Positions 8,446 through 20,480 are shown, counted from the stretch's first letter. The stretch is 64,000 nucleotides of DNA from Deltaproteobacteria bacterium (GCA_016875015.1 VGSJ01000004.1:4084-68083), one strand, 5' to 3'. Numbers and translations: made by a program. The notes: generated by a model not told the origin, from the letters alone.

Positions 8446-9726
8446 CTACATTTCCTCCCACACCACCTTTCCCCCCACGATAGTCATGACGGCGCGGCCC
8501 CGCAAGGTCCAGCCGTTAAAGGGGCAATTGCGGCTTTTGGAGGCGAAGGTGTCCGCGTCCACCTGCCAGGTGCGGTTGAGGTCCATGAGGGTGACGTCCG
8601 CCGGGCTGCCTACCGCGAGGGTGCCGCCGGGGACGCTTAGGATGCGGGCGGGATTCGTGCTCATGGCGGCCACCAGCTGGCTGAGGCTGAGGACCCCGTC
8701 GTGCACCAGTTTAAGGCTCAGGCCCAGGGAGGTTTCCAGACCGATGAGGCCGAAGGCCGCGGCCTCAAACTCCAAATCTTTTTCCAGGGAGGTGTGGGGG
8801 GCGTGGTCGCAGGCGATGGCGTCCAGGGTGCCGTCGCGCAGCGCCTCTTTAATGGCCGCGACGTCGGCCGCGGTCCGAAGCGGCGGGTTGACCTTGGCGT
8901 TGGTGTCGTAGCCCATGACCGCCTCATCCGTCAGGGAAAAGTAGTGGGGCGCGGTCTCGGCGGTGACGGTCAGGCCCGCGGCCTTGGCCGTGCGGATCAG
9001 GGCCACGCTGCCGAAGGCGCTGACGTGGGCGAGGTGCAGGCGGCCGCCGGTGAGTTGGAGCAGGGCCAGGTCCCGGAAGATCATGGCCTCTTCGGCCGCA
9101 GCCGGGATGCCCATTAAGCCCAGTTCCAGGGAGACCCGGCCCTCGTGCATCACCCCGCTGGCCCTGAGATCCAGGTCTTCTTCGTGGACGATGAGGGGGA
9201 CATCGAAGGTCCGGGCATACTCCAACGCCCGGCGCATGAGCATGGGGTGCATCACCGGGCGGCCGTCGTCGGAGAAGGCCACCGCCCCGGCGGCCTTCTG
9301 GTCGCCGTATTCACTCAGGGACTGGCCCGCCGAGCCCATGGAGATGGCGCCCACCGGGTAGACCCGGGCGAGTCCCGCCGCCTGGGCCGCCTCCAGGATG
9401 AAGCGGGTGACCGCGGCGTTGTCGTTCACCGGGCGGGTGTTGGGCATGGCGGCCACCGCGGTAAAGCCGCCGGCCGCGGCGGCCCAGGTCCCAGACAAGA
9501 TGGTCTCCTTGTACTCTTCCCCAGGCTCCCGCAGGTGGACGTGCATGTCGATGAGGCCGGGGGTCACCACCAGGTTTTGGGCGTCAATCACCCGGCGCCC
9601 GTCCCCGGGGATGGTTCCCGGCGGCTTTAGCGCCGCAATCTTACCACCTTCGATCAAGAGGTCCCGGGGGGACGCAAGGGCCTGGGCGGGGTCAACCACC
9701 AGGCCGCCGGCTATCAGTAAGCTCAC
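8446..9726 (-). CDS. pyrC: Dihydroorotase
   Basis: 426 aa. [10 protein letters not shown] metal-binding motif and amidohydrolase fold. The start overlaps the pyrB stop (GTGA). Confidence 0.9.
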   Translation of the reverse strand: MSLLIAGGLVVDPAQALASPRDLLIEGGKIAALKPPGTIPGDGRRVIDAQNLVVTPGLIDMHVHLREPGEEYKETILSGTWAAAAGGFTAVAAMPNTRPVNDNAAVTRFILEAAQAAGLARVYPVGAISMGSAGQSLSEYGDQKAAGAVAFSDDGRPVMHPMLMRRALEYARTFDVPLIVHEEDLDLRASGVMHEGRVSLELGLMGIPAAAEEAMIFRDLALLQLTGGRLHLAHVSAFGSVALIRTAKAAGLTVTAETAPHYFSLTDEAVMGYDTNAKVNPPLRTAADVAAIKEALRDGTLDAIACDHAPHTSLEKDLEFEAAAFGLIGLETSLGLSLKLVHDGVLSLSQLVAAMSTNPARILSVPGGTLAVGSPADVTLMDLNRTWQVDADTFASKSRNCPFNGWTLRGRAVMTIVGGKVVWEEM

Positions 9727-10649
9727 GCTTTTTCTCCTCCAATCAAGAGGTAGAGCAGGGCCATGCGCACCGCCACGCCGTTGGTCACCTGTTCCAGGAT
9801 CACGGAATGGGCGCCGTCGGCCACCTCGGGAGAGATTTCCACTCCCCGGTTGAGGGGGCCGGGATGCATGATGATCACGTCCGGTTGGGCCAGCTTTAAA
9901 TGGCGGGGGGCCAGCCCGAAGTAGCGGCTGTACTCCCGCAAAGTGGAGAGATACATCTGCCCCATGCGTTCCAGTTGCAATCTCAGCATCATGATGACGT
10001 CGGCGCCCGTCACCGCCTCTTCCAGGGAGCAGGTGACTTTGGCCCCCAGGGAGGAAAGGAACGGCGGCAGCATGGTGGCCGGGCCGGCCACGGTGACTTG
10101 GGAGCCCATCTTAATAAAGGCCTGGATGTCGGAGCGGGCCACCCGGGAGTGGGCGATGTCGCCGATGATGGCCACTTTCAAGCCGGAGAGTGTCCCCTTG
10201 GCTTCTTGAACGGTGAGGAGGTCCAGGAGGGCCTGGGTGGGGTGCTCGTGGAGGCCGTCGCCGGCGTTGATGACCCCGCACTTGAGACGCCGGGCCAGGT
10301 AATGGGGGGCGCCGCTGGCGGGATGGCGAATCACCAGCAGGTCCGGCCGCATAGCCTCGAGAGTGTGGGCGGTGTCCATCAGGGTTTCACCCTTGACGGC
10401 GCTGGAGGCCGCCACCGTCAGGTTGAGGGTGTCGGCGCTGAGGCGCTTGGCCGCGATCTCAAAGGACACGCGGGTCCGGGTGCTGGGCTCGTAGAAGACC
10501 GTCACCACGGTTTTACCCCTGAGGGTGGGGACCTTTTTAATGGGACGGGCCGAGATATCTTTCAAGGACGCGGCGGTGGCCAGGATGTGGCGAATCTCTT
10601 CCGGGGCCAGTTCCGCGATGCCCAACAGGTCCTTCCGCCGGAATTCCAT
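9723..10649 (-). CDS. pyrB: Aspartate carbamoyltransferase catalytic subunit
   Basis: 308 aa with STRTR, HPTQ and HPGP motifs. Confidence 0.95.
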   Translation of the reverse strand: MEFRRKDLLGIAELAPEEIRHILATAASLKDISARPIKKVPTLRGKTVVTVFYEPSTRTRVSFEIAAKRLSADTLNLTVAASSAVKGETLMDTAHTLEAMRPDLLVIRHPASGAPHYLARRLKCGVINAGDGLHEHPTQALLDLLTVQEAKGTLSGLKVAIIGDIAHSRVARSDIQAFIKMGSQVTVAGPATMLPPFLSSLGAKVTCSLEEAVTGADVIMMLRLQLERMGQMYLSTLREYSRYFGLAPRHLKLAQPDVIIMHPGPLNRGVEISPEVADGAHSVILEQVTNGVAVRMALLYLLIGGEKA

Positions 10650-10798
10650 ATAGGGACCTTTCTCGCTTCAGGGGAGAGGTTAAGGGAGAAGAGCCCTTAG
10701 CCGCACCCATCCAGGTTGAGTGCATACCCTGCCTGACTGTCAACCGTGACCGTCGCAGGGTGCTTACCGGTTCGCCGTCAGGCCCTCCAGGCCGTGGC

Positions 10799-10828
10799 AA
10801 AAAAAAACCTCCTTGTTCTGAGAGGAGG
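10799..10828 (-). terminator. Intrinsic-terminator-like hairpin in the pyrB leader (candidate attenuator)
   Basis: The minus strand reads CCTCCT-ctcagaaca-AGGAGG followed by T9. It lies about 150 nt upstream of the pyrB ATG, and no minus-strand gene ends upstream of it. Confidence 0.4.
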
Positions 10829-10951
10829 CCGGGCGCAGGGTTTTCGGCAAATTCGACTCATAGAGACAGCCTTCTTACCATCGATACATTATTATCATTG
10901 CCGGCAGCTAAATTCAAGAACATTTTCCGGCAATTTCCCCCGGGAGGTAAG

Positions 10952-10980
10952 TTGACAGGGAAAGGATCAATACCTATATG
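10952..10980 (+). promoter_or_regulatory. Possible sigma70-type promoter upstream of hsp20
   Basis: TTGACA (10952-10957), 17-nt spacer, TATATG (10975-10980). Weak -10 element. Confidence 0.3.
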
Positions 10981-11114
10981 TGTAAATGAGGCTATCAAAA
11001 ATATGCCTATTTATAAAAAATTCACCGGGACTTGTCTCCAGGCGCCCGGACGGATGCCGGGCGGGGCAATCAACCATAATTTCATAAGTCAACCCGGTTA
11101 AGGAGGAATTAGCC

Positions 11115-11567
11115 ATGTCCAGTGATCTCATGGAATGGCGCCCGTTTCGGGAAGTTTCTCGCCTCCGGCGGGAGATGGATAGTCTCTGGGACGATTATTT
11201 CGGTTCCGGAAGGCGGGGGCTGCAGCCCCTGCAACCGGAATTCGCCCCCGCGGTGGACGTCAAGGAAACACCCGAGGCGGTGGTGGTGAAGGCCGAAGTT
11301 CCCGGGATGGATGCCAAGGAAATCAATATCTCGGTCACGGGTGAGGTGCTCACCATCAAGGGCGAAAAAAAGTCGGAACGGGAAGAAAAAGAGGAGAACT
11401 ATCACCTGGTGGAGCGCAGCTACGGCTCCTTCTCCCGCTCCCTGACCCTGCCCGCCGCGGTGGATCTGGATAACATCGAAGCCAAATATGATAACGGGGT
11501 GTTGACCATCACCTGTCCCAAGAAAGAGGCGGTCAAGCCCAAGGCCATCGAGATCAGGACGGCCTAA
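11115..11567 (+). CDS. Hsp20/alpha-crystallin small heat-shock protein
   Basis: 150 aa. FAPAVDVKETPEAVVVKAEVPG...GVLTITCPK alpha-crystallin domain. AGGAGG RBS. Confidence 0.9.
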   Translation: MSSDLMEWRPFREVSRLRREMDSLWDDYFGSGRRGLQPLQPEFAPAVDVKETPEAVVVKAEVPGMDAKEINISVTGEVLTIKGEKKSEREEKEENYHLVERSYGSFSRSLTLPAAVDLDNIEAKYDNGVLTITCPKKEAVKPKAIEIRTA

Positions 11568-11606
11568 ATACCTCTCACCTCAACTTTGTCGTCAAAGGGA
11601 GCCGTT

Positions 11607-12056
11607 ATGAGCACCGAACTGGAAGCCATTATCAAGAGCGCCATCGCCCAGGAAGAATTGTCCCATGGTTTTTATAAGCGGTTGGCCGGCCTGGTGAGCC
11701 ATCCGGAAACGAAAAACACCCTGGAATACCTGGCCAAAGAAGAGCTGGAGCACAAGGCCTTTCTCCAGAGCTGCTTTACCCCCCAAGGGTGCACGCTGGC
11801 GGGGGAGGCCCAGAACGTCCACCTGGCGGAAATGCTGCAAGCCCCGGCCATCAGCAACGATATGTCCCCCAAGGAAGCCCTGGTCATCGCGGCGAAGCGG
11901 GAGGAGGGGGCCTATCGCTTTTATCAGGCCCTGGCCGCACTCCAGCCCCCGGGGGAGGTCCAGGCTTTCCTTAATAAGATGGCCAAGGTGGAACTCCAAC
12001 ACAAGGAACAAGTGGAAAACCTTTACAATAACGCCGCGTTCCCCGAAGTGTGGTAG
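11607..12056 (+). CDS. Ferritin-like/rubrerythrin-family di-iron domain protein
   Basis: Paired E..E..H helices (EELSHGFY, EELEHKAF, REEGAYRFY, VELQHKEQ). ATG at 11607 follows AGGGAG. The TTG at 11586 is probably an over-extension. Confidence 0.6.
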   Translation: MSTELEAIIKSAIAQEELSHGFYKRLAGLVSHPETKNTLEYLAKEELEHKAFLQSCFTPQGCTLAGEAQNVHLAEMLQAPAISNDMSPKEALVIAAKREEGAYRFYQALAALQPPGEVQAFLNKMAKVELQHKEQVENLYNNAAFPEVW

Positions 12057-12065
12057 GGGGCTGCC

Positions 12066-12686
12066 ATGGCAAGGCGCGGGGTTCTCCTGGCCCTGGAAGG
12101 GATAGACGGCTGCGGCAAATCCACCCAGGCGGGGCTTTTGGCAACCGCCCTCCGAGACCGGGGGCTGGAAGTTGTCCTCACCCGTGAGCCCACGGATGGC
12201 CCCCTGGGCCAGCAAATCCGGGAATATTTTCAGGGCCCCACCCGGTATCTCAGCGCCAAAGAGGAGTTGAACCTCTTCATGGCCGACCGCCGGGAACACG
12301 TGGAAGAGGTCATCAACCCGGCCTTGGCTGAGGGGAAGGTCGTCATCACCGACCGTTACTATTACTCCTCGGTGGCCTATCAGGGGGCCCTGGGGCTGGA
12401 CCCGGACCGGATTCTGGCCCAAAACGAGGTCCTGGCGGTGCGCCCGGATCTGGCGGTAATCTTTACCCTGCCGGTGGCCCAGGCGTTGGCCCGTTTATCC
12501 GGCCCCCCCCAACGACCCCGGCAAGTGAGCGAGGACCCGGTCTATCTGGAACGGGTAGCCACCCTGTATGCCTCCCTGAAAGGGCCCCACCTGCGCCACT
12601 TGGATGCCTCCGCCCCCCCCCCGGCGGTTCACGACGCCCTGCTGCACCTGACCCTGGAATTCCTGGAGACAGCCGGGCGCCGGTAA
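12066..12686 (+). CDS. tmk: Thymidylate (dTMP) kinase
   Basis: LEGIDGCGKSTQ P-loop and TREP motif, 206 aa. Confidence 0.9.
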   Translation: MARRGVLLALEGIDGCGKSTQAGLLATALRDRGLEVVLTREPTDGPLGQQIREYFQGPTRYLSAKEELNLFMADRREHVEEVINPALAEGKVVITDRYYYSSVAYQGALGLDPDRILAQNEVLAVRPDLAVIFTLPVAQALARLSGPPQRPRQVSEDPVYLERVATLYASLKGPHLRHLDASAPPPAVHDALLHLTLEFLETAGRR

Positions 12687-12809
12687 GCGCCGACCGCAGC
12701 CTGGTGGCGCCGGGGGTATAAAATTGTGGCTGGCTCAAGCCTTCGAGATGCGGCTGCCGAAGAGACAAGGGGAGTCCCTCTTTCCCGGCTTTTAGGGCTG
12801 GGGATTCTC

Positions 12810-12838
12810 TTGACAAGTCAAACTTCAGGGGTTAATAA
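12810..12838 (+). promoter_or_regulatory. Sigma70-like promoter for tRNA-Lys
   Basis: TTGACA (12810-12815), 17-nt spacer, TAATAA (12833-12838). It ends about 10 nt before the mature tRNA 5' end. Confidence 0.45.
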
Positions 12839-12848
12839 TATTTTTTTC

Positions 12849-12924
12849 GGGCCGTTAACTCAGTTGGTAGAGTATCTGCCTTTTAAGCAGAGAGTCGTTG
12901 GTTCGAATCCAACACGGCCCACCA
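12849..12924 (+). tRNA. tRNA-Lys (anticodon UUU), CCA encoded
   Basis: GGGCCGT/ACGGCCC acceptor stem, anticodon loop CTTTTAA, T-loop GGTTCGAATCC, 76 nt. Confidence 0.95.
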
Positions 12925-13054
12925 TGGTTTTATAAGTAAAATGAAATGGATAAGGGCCTCAGAGATCTTCTTCTGAGACTGCCTCATGGTAGATAATGGG
13001 GACTGCTAAAGCTGCGGTGTGGTTTTAGCAGGCAACTGCGCGGCGAGATTGCCG

Positions 13055-15324
13055 TTAAGGCTGACGTTCCCCCGCCTCCAGCCGCGCCTCGATGCGGCGG
13101 GCCAGGGGGATCAGCTGAGAAAGCCGCCGGCGTCGATCGGCGCGCTCGGCCTCCGCTAGGTGCATGGCCTCCGCCGCGCCGGCAAGGCCCCCGAGGAGCG
13201 ACCCGAGGGTGTTTTCCAGGCTGGCTTCCTGCTGTTTGAGCCACTGGTCCACCAGGGGGAAGAAGTACTGGAATTTTAAGCCCTCCCGGTAATTGAGGAT
13301 CTGGCCTTCCAGTTCGGAGCCAAGCCAGGCCTTGAGCGCGGCCAGGGCCCGCGCCAGGTCCCGGAGGAGTTGCCCGCGGGGGTCCTGCTCCCCGGCCAGC
13401 TTCAGGCGGCGCTTGATCGCGTCCCTGGCCCTTCCCAAGACCCCCAGGCCGGAGGCCACCCACACCTCCCGGGCAAACCGCCAGTCCGGGGCCACCTCCA
13501 GGCTCAGGAGGGGCACCTCCAAGCCCTGGGGCCGGCCCACGCTTCCCGTTTCCAGGGTGGGCGCCGCGGCCGCCAGGCCCAGATCGGCAATTTCCCGGTA
13601 ATAGAGGGCCAGGGCTTCCTGGAGGGTCAGAAACAGGGGCTGCCACAGGCGGGCCAGTTCCTGGCGCAGCCACTCTTCCTGCTCCCGGATGAATTCCACC
13701 AGGGCGAGGTTGACCTCGACGGTGACGTGGTGGGCCAACGCCTTGGCGAATTCCTGGAACAGCTGATAAAGGACCGGGCGGAAGGCCGGCGTGACCGACG
13801 GCGGCGCCAGGTGGTCCCAGTCGGGCGTAAAGTTCCGGATGAACTCGCTCAGATCCTTGCCCACCTGGCCGGAATGGCGGTCCAGGAGGCGGTCCACCCG
13901 GAAGCGTAGGGTCTTCTTCAAACGGTGGCCGGCGCCTTCCAGGGTCTGGCTCACGGTGGCCATGGTGGCCTGCAACGGCTGACGCCGGGCCGTCAGGCGG
14001 GTTTCCAACTCCTGAATGGCGGTAAGCCCCCGGGTCAGGAGATCCTGCGTGAGTTCCAGCTGCTCCCTGAGGCCCCGGGCCACCATCTTCACCTGAGCCA
14101 GGCTGCCGCCGGCCAGGCGGCGGGTCCGCAAATCCCCCAGCGCGGCTTTCAGGTCTTGCTCAAACCGGGCCGCTTCCGCCTCGGAAAAGGCGGCGGAGTC
14201 CGGGTCCATGGCCCACACCTTGAGGACCGCGGCTTCCCGGGGGTCCAGGCTTTCGCCCCGGGCCTGCCGGCGGTCCAGGAGCAGTTTCAGGGCGGAAAAG
14301 GCATAGACCCGGGGTTCCGGCTGCCAGGAGGACAGCTCCTGAGCCACCCGGTCCCTGATCTGCACCACCTCCGCATAAGAGGTGTGCTCCCCCAAATCCA
14401 GGTTTAGGAGGACCAGGATATGGGGCATCAGCCCCATTCTTTTCAACTCCGTCAGAAACTGAAAATCCGCCTGGCGCAGCCCCACCCGGGAGCTGACGAC
14501 GTAGAGCGCCAGGTCGCTCTTGATGAGATAGGCCAGGACCTGGGCCAGGTGCTGGGGGAAGGGCGAGTCGCTCCCCTGGCAGTCTCCCAGCTCCACGCCC
14601 GCGGCCGGCCAGGGAAAGGGGGTTGTAAGCAGGACATCCTTGAGGTACACCGCGGTGGCCTCCCGGGTGACCAGGTCCCGGTGGCGGGCCAGGTCCGGAC
14701 CGGTGAGGGGCAGCATTCCGGTGGCGGGCATGAGGCCCTGGAGAAGATCGTAGCCCCCCAGGTAGGATTTGAGCAGCAGGTAGTTCTGATCCAGGCTGCC
14801 GCCGGTCCAGAGGTCGGCCTCCCGGGCCTCGGCCAGGACCTGGGCCAGGAGCTCCCGGTCCGGGGCCTCCTTCAGGTCCAGAGGCTCGGCCCGGTCCACC
14901 AACCGGGGATTGGGCAGGAGCCCCAGGGCCCGGCGGATTTCCCCGTTGATTTCGTTCCACCCCTTGAACCGGAGCACCGCCCGGGATTCCGGGCCGGGTT
15001 GGACCCGGGTAACCATGGCCGTGAGAATGCCGGCGCCCCGGCGCAACAGGTCCTGGCCCACCAGGGCGTTGATCATGGTGCTCTTGCCGGATTTCACCGC
15101 TCCCACCACCGCCAGGCGGCAGGTGTCCTCCGCCGCATGGGCCTGGACCTGGGACAGCACCTTCTGCCAGTGCTGGCCCTGGAGTGCGGCCTGGGGAAAA
15201 AGACCGGTCCACTCCCGGGCCAAGTCCTCAAGACGGGCGATCTCCTCCATCAAGGCCTGATGGGCCTGAGGCTCCGGCATGTCAAGGTCCCTGATTGATG
15301 CGGGTGAGGTGTATCCGGGCCGGC

Positions 15325-15328
<4 letters not shown>
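13055..15328 (-). CDS. Bacterial dynamin-like GTPase (dynamin family protein)
   Basis: G1 motif GAVKSGKSTMINALVG, G3-like LGDCQG, NLDL, and a long helical C-terminal half. The start is either TTG 15328 (overlapping the yajC stop) or ATG 15280. Confidence 0.8.
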
Positions 15329-16813
<1,485 letters not shown>

Positions 16814-16855
16814 TCACAAACCCGCCCCCAGACCCCATCTCCCAACCCCATAAGT

Positions 16856-17905
16856 TTATAAAATCAACATACAATCCCCATAGCTATAAAAACGGTATTT
16901 TTCTTTAACGGCCTCGGCATAAGCCCGCAAGATCAAATCCCGCCCCGCGAAGGCGCTCACCAGGAGCAGAAGGGTGGACTGGGGCAGGTGAAAGTTGGTG
17001 AGCAGCCGGTCCACGGCCTTGAATTGATACCCGGGATAAATAAAGAGGTCGCACCAGCCCTGCTGGGCTTTAAACCCTTGGGGCGAAGCGCAGGACTCCA
17101 GCACCCGGACGCTGGTGGTGCCCACCGCCAGCAGGCGTTTTCCCTCTGCCCGGGCGGCGTTGAGGCGGGCCGCGGCCTTATCTGACAACTCAAAGTATTC
17201 CGGGGCCATCCGGTGGCGGGTATAGTCGGCGTGACGCACCGGCATAAACGTCCCCGGCCCCACGTGCAGAGTGAGGCGCACGATCTCGATCCCCCGGCGG
17301 GCCAGGTTTTCTAACACCGTTTCGGTGAAGTGGAGCCCCGCGGTGGGACAGGCCACGGCCCCGGCGGGGGCGGCAAAGACCGTCTGATAGGTCTCCCGAT
17401 CCGCCGCGGCGGGGTGACGGTGGATATAAGGCGGCAGGGGAACTTCTCCCGCGGCCAGGACCGCGGCCACCGGGTCGCCGCCGGGAGCGGTGAAGCGCAC
17501 CTCCGCCACCCCCGGTTGGGGCAGGGCCAGGACTGCCGCGGTCAATTCCACCCCGAAGTTAAGGACCTGGCCGATCCGGAGGCGTCCCCGGTGCGTGGCC
17601 CGGGCCCGGGCCGCGTGGGGAACGGCGCCGTTGGCTTCGGCCTCCGGCAGGTGGTGGAGCAGCAGTTCCACTTTGCCGCCGCTGTCCTTGCGGCCGTTCA
17701 GGCGCGCCGTGAAGACCCGGGTGTCGTTGACCACCAGAACGTCGTTCTCATCCAGGGCGGCGGCCAGCTCCCGGAAGCCGGCATGGCGCATCTCGCCCCC
17801 GTCCCTATGGAGCACCAACAGCCGGGAGGCATCCCGCTCGCCCAAAGGGTACTGGGCCACCAACTCCGGCGGCAGGAAGTAATCGTAATCCTCAATCCGG
17901 GGCAT
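16856..17905 (-). CDS. queA: S-adenosylmethionine:tRNA ribosyltransferase-isomerase
   Basis: YDYFLPPELVAQYP N-terminus, 349 aa, directly upstream of tgt. Confidence 0.95.
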   Translation of the reverse strand: MPRIEDYDYFLPPELVAQYPLGERDASRLLVLHRDGGEMRHAGFRELAAALDENDVLVVNDTRVFTARLNGRKDSGGKVELLLHHLPEAEANGAVPHAARARATHRGRLRIGQVLNFGVELTAAVLALPQPGVAEVRFTAPGGDPVAAVLAAGEVPLPPYIHRHPAAADRETYQTVFAAPAGAVACPTAGLHFTETVLENLARRGIEIVRLTLHVGPGTFMPVRHADYTRHRMAPEYFELSDKAAARLNAARAEGKRLLAVGTTSVRVLESCASPQGFKAQQGWCDLFIYPGYQFKAVDRLLTNFHLPQSTLLLLVSAFAGRDLILRAYAEAVKEKYRFYSYGDCMLIL

Positions 17906-17942
17906 AGTCAGTCGTGTCCAGCAAGAAAATTAATATATCGCT

Positions 17943-17976
17943 AACTGGTTCCCAAGCGGGGAGCTTGGGAACCAGT
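17943..17976. repeat. REP family C hairpin (extended stem)
   Basis: Sequence aactggttcccaagcggggagcttgggaaccagtt. Confidence 0.75.
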
Positions 17977-18046
17977 TAAAAACGTGATCCGCAATCCGTG
18001 GCCTATTACTTGGTCGCGCAAATGAGCGTCATTTTCACCGGGGTTT

Positions 18047-18140
18047 AAAATTCCCCCCTTTTTTAAAGGGGGGTCAGGGGGGATTACAAATAACCCATTG
18101 ATAATCCCCCTAAATCCCCCTTTAGGAAAGGGGGATTTGC
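18047..18140. repeat. REP family B composite (CCCCCTTT-N-AAAGGGGG hairpins plus ATCCCCCTAAATCCCCC)
   Basis: Same architecture as 33028-33099, 40894-40987 and 46891-46966. Confidence 0.8.
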
Positions 18141-18320
18141 CTACCCCGGCTCAATGAACGCCCTTATTGAAATCTAACGCAATTTTTCCCCAGTCATGGC
18201 ATCAAACCCCCTAGTCCGGGGCTGGCCCAGGGCCTGGCCCCAGGGCGGGCCGGCCACCGGAAAAATGGTGCATTTGACGGCGGGAGGCGCATTTGATAAG
18301 TTTAACCCAGCCAATTTTTC

Positions 18321-19019
18321 ATGCAAGGACCGACACCTACCATGACCCGCAAAATGTTGTTGACGGCCATAGCATTGCTGGCCTGCCTCTGGCCCGGCGC
18401 GGCCGCCGGGGAAGTCACCCCGGAAGCCGTGATGACCCGGGTTCAGGCCCAATATGACAAAGCCGGGGGCTTCCAGGCCCGCTTTCGCCAGGAATCCCGT
18501 CTCAAGGCGGCCGGCGCCTCAGATTCGGCCGTGGGGTGGATGTATTTCAAGAAACCCAGCCGCATGCGCTGGCAGTACGAGACCCCGCCGGAACAGAAAA
18601 AGGAGATCGTCTCCGACGGCCGGCTGGTGTGGATGTACATGCCCGCCGACGGGTTGGTCATGGTCTACAAGCTGGACCAGGTGTTGCGCTCGGACCTGGT
18701 GATGCGGTTTTTTTCCGGGATGGGCCAGTTCCAAAAGGATTTCATCATCTCCTGGCAACGCCCCCCCCGGGAGGGTGCCAGCTTTGTCATCGACCTGGTT
18801 CCCCAAAAGGACCAGTTGGAGCTCAAGCGTCTCTCCCTGACCATCAACCCCGACACCTACCTGGTGGAGAAGCTGGATTTCAGCAATGCCCTGGGCGAGG
18901 AGAGCGGCTTCACCTTTACCCAGGTGAAGCTGGAAGTGCCCTCGGCGCCCAACTTCTTCACCTTTACGCCGCCTCCGGGAGTCCAGGTGGTCCGGGAGAC
19001 CCCGGGATCTAAACCTTGA
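18321..19019 (+). CDS. lolA: Outer-membrane lipoprotein carrier protein LolA
   Basis: Signal peptide MTRKMLLTAIALLACLWPGAAAG (start may be 18342). F.Q......GWMYFKKPSRMRWQY pattern. Confidence 0.75.
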   Translation: MQGPTPTMTRKMLLTAIALLACLWPGAAAGEVTPEAVMTRVQAQYDKAGGFQARFRQESRLKAAGASDSAVGWMYFKKPSRMRWQYETPPEQKKEIVSDGRLVWMYMPADGLVMVYKLDQVLRSDLVMRFFSGMGQFQKDFIISWQRPPREGASFVIDLVPQKDQLELKRLSLTINPDTYLVEKLDFSNALGEESGFTFTQVKLEVPSAPNFFTFTPPPGVQVVRETPGSKP

Positions 19020-19144
19020 TGGATGGTTAAAGAAATGAATACGGGGGCGAGGTTGATCAGGCCCCGGCGGGCGCCATGCAGTACGCCCCGGCCTGGAATT
19101 GATTTTGCTTGAACCGCCTGAAGTATAGACTTCAAAGGCAAACC

Positions 19145-20059
19145 ATGGAATTTACCGAACCGCAAAAAGAGGTGCGGCGCTGGCTGGAACGGCGCCGGGG
19201 GATTCTCCTGGCCCACAATTACCAACCGGGAGAAATTCAGGAGGTGGCCGATTTTTTAGGCGACTCTCTGGCCTTGTCCATGACCGCGGCCAAGACGCCG
19301 GCCGAAGTCATCGTGTTTTGCGGGGTCCATTTCATGGCGGAAACCGCGGCTATTTTGTGCCCGGACAAGACCGTCCTCCTGCCCCGGGATGATGTGGGCT
19401 GCTACATGGCCGCCACCATCACGGCGGAGCAGCTTAAGGCCCGGAAAGCCGAACTGCCCGGGGTGCCGGTGGTCACCTACGTCAATTCCACCGCCGCGGT
19501 CAAGGCCGAGAGCGACATCTGCTGCACGTCCGCCAATGTCATCCAGATAGTCAATTCTTTGACACCCTCCCGGGTCTTTATGGTTCCGGACCGCAATCTG
19601 GCCCTCTACACCGCCCGGCGCACCTCCAAGGAAGTGCTCTACTGGGAGGGCTGCTGCAACGTTCACGACGGCCTGAGCGCCGCCGAGGTCCAGGCGTGCC
19701 AGGCGGCCCATCCCCAGGCGGTTTTCATCGCCCATCCCGAGTGCCGCCCCGAAGTCCTGGACCTGGCCCAGGTAATTCGCAGCACCAGCGGGATGCTTCA
19801 GTATGCGCTCCAGTCCTCCGCCCGAGAATTCATCATCGGCACGGAGATGGGCATTCTCCACACCTTGCGCACCGAAAACCCGGATAAGCTTTTCTACTCC
19901 CCCTCCCCCCGCCTCGTGTGCCCGGATATGAAGCGCATCACCCTATCAGACGTCATCAATGCCCTCAAGGACAACCGCCACCAAATCACGGTGCCGGAGG
20001 AGATCCGAAAGCCTGCCTGGCTGGCGGTGGAGCGCATGCTGGCCGTCCCCCGGGATTAA
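19145..20059 (+). CDS. nadA: Quinolinate synthase
   Basis: ILLAHNYQ, GVHFMAETA and three conserved Cys regions. ATG at 19145. Confidence 0.9.
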   Translation: MEFTEPQKEVRRWLERRRGILLAHNYQPGEIQEVADFLGDSLALSMTAAKTPAEVIVFCGVHFMAETAAILCPDKTVLLPRDDVGCYMAATITAEQLKARKAELPGVPVVTYVNSTAAVKAESDICCTSANVIQIVNSLTPSRVFMVPDRNLALYTARRTSKEVLYWEGCCNVHDGLSAAEVQACQAAHPQAVFIAHPECRPEVLDLAQVIRSTSGMLQYALQSSAREFIIGTEMGILHTLRTENPDKLFYSPSPRLVCPDMKRITLSDVINALKDNRHQITVPEEIRKPAWLAVERMLAVPRD

Positions 20060-20207
20060 CCATTATCCTCCGGGGGATCCGGAGCTGTATTCCCCGACCC
20101 TCCTTATCTGGTCCTCAGGTGAAATTGAGCCCGCGTCTCTGGGCAAAATTGGCCTGCTTCTTGCTGTTTCCCCCATAAAGTAATGAGTTGCGGGTTGGGA
20201 AACTGGC

Positions 20208-20480
20208 ATGCAAAGGCAAGAGGCGCAAATCCCGCCTTACTACGATAATCTCCGGCATTTCTTGCATGATTTGGCGCAGCCCCTGTCCACGGTCACCGGG
20301 CTCATTGATCTGATGCTGTTGGAGTTGGACGAGCGGGACCAGATGTTCCAGAAAGTCCAGTTGATCAGCCTGCAACTGGAGAAGGTGATGGCGATTCTCG
20401 GGGAAATTCGCCGGATGGCCCGGGAGGCCGCCGACCGCGAGAGAAAAACCCTGGAACCGCCCCGGACCCCGCGGTCTTGA
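20208..20480 (+). CDS. Stand-alone HisKA-like (DHp) domain protein
   Basis: 90 aa. H-box-like FLHDLAQPLSTVTGLIDL followed by a second helix. No sensor and no ATPase domain. Confidence 0.5.
   Translation: MQRQEAQIPPYYDNLRHFLHDLAQPLSTVTGLIDLMLLELDERDQMFQKVQLISLQLEKVMAILGEIRRMAREAADRERKTLEPPRTPRS

Noticed and set aside
11592-12422. 276-aa minus-strand ORF spanning the ferritin-like gene and tmk
   Set aside because: It crosses two well-supported plus-strand genes and an intergenic gap, and it has no motifs.
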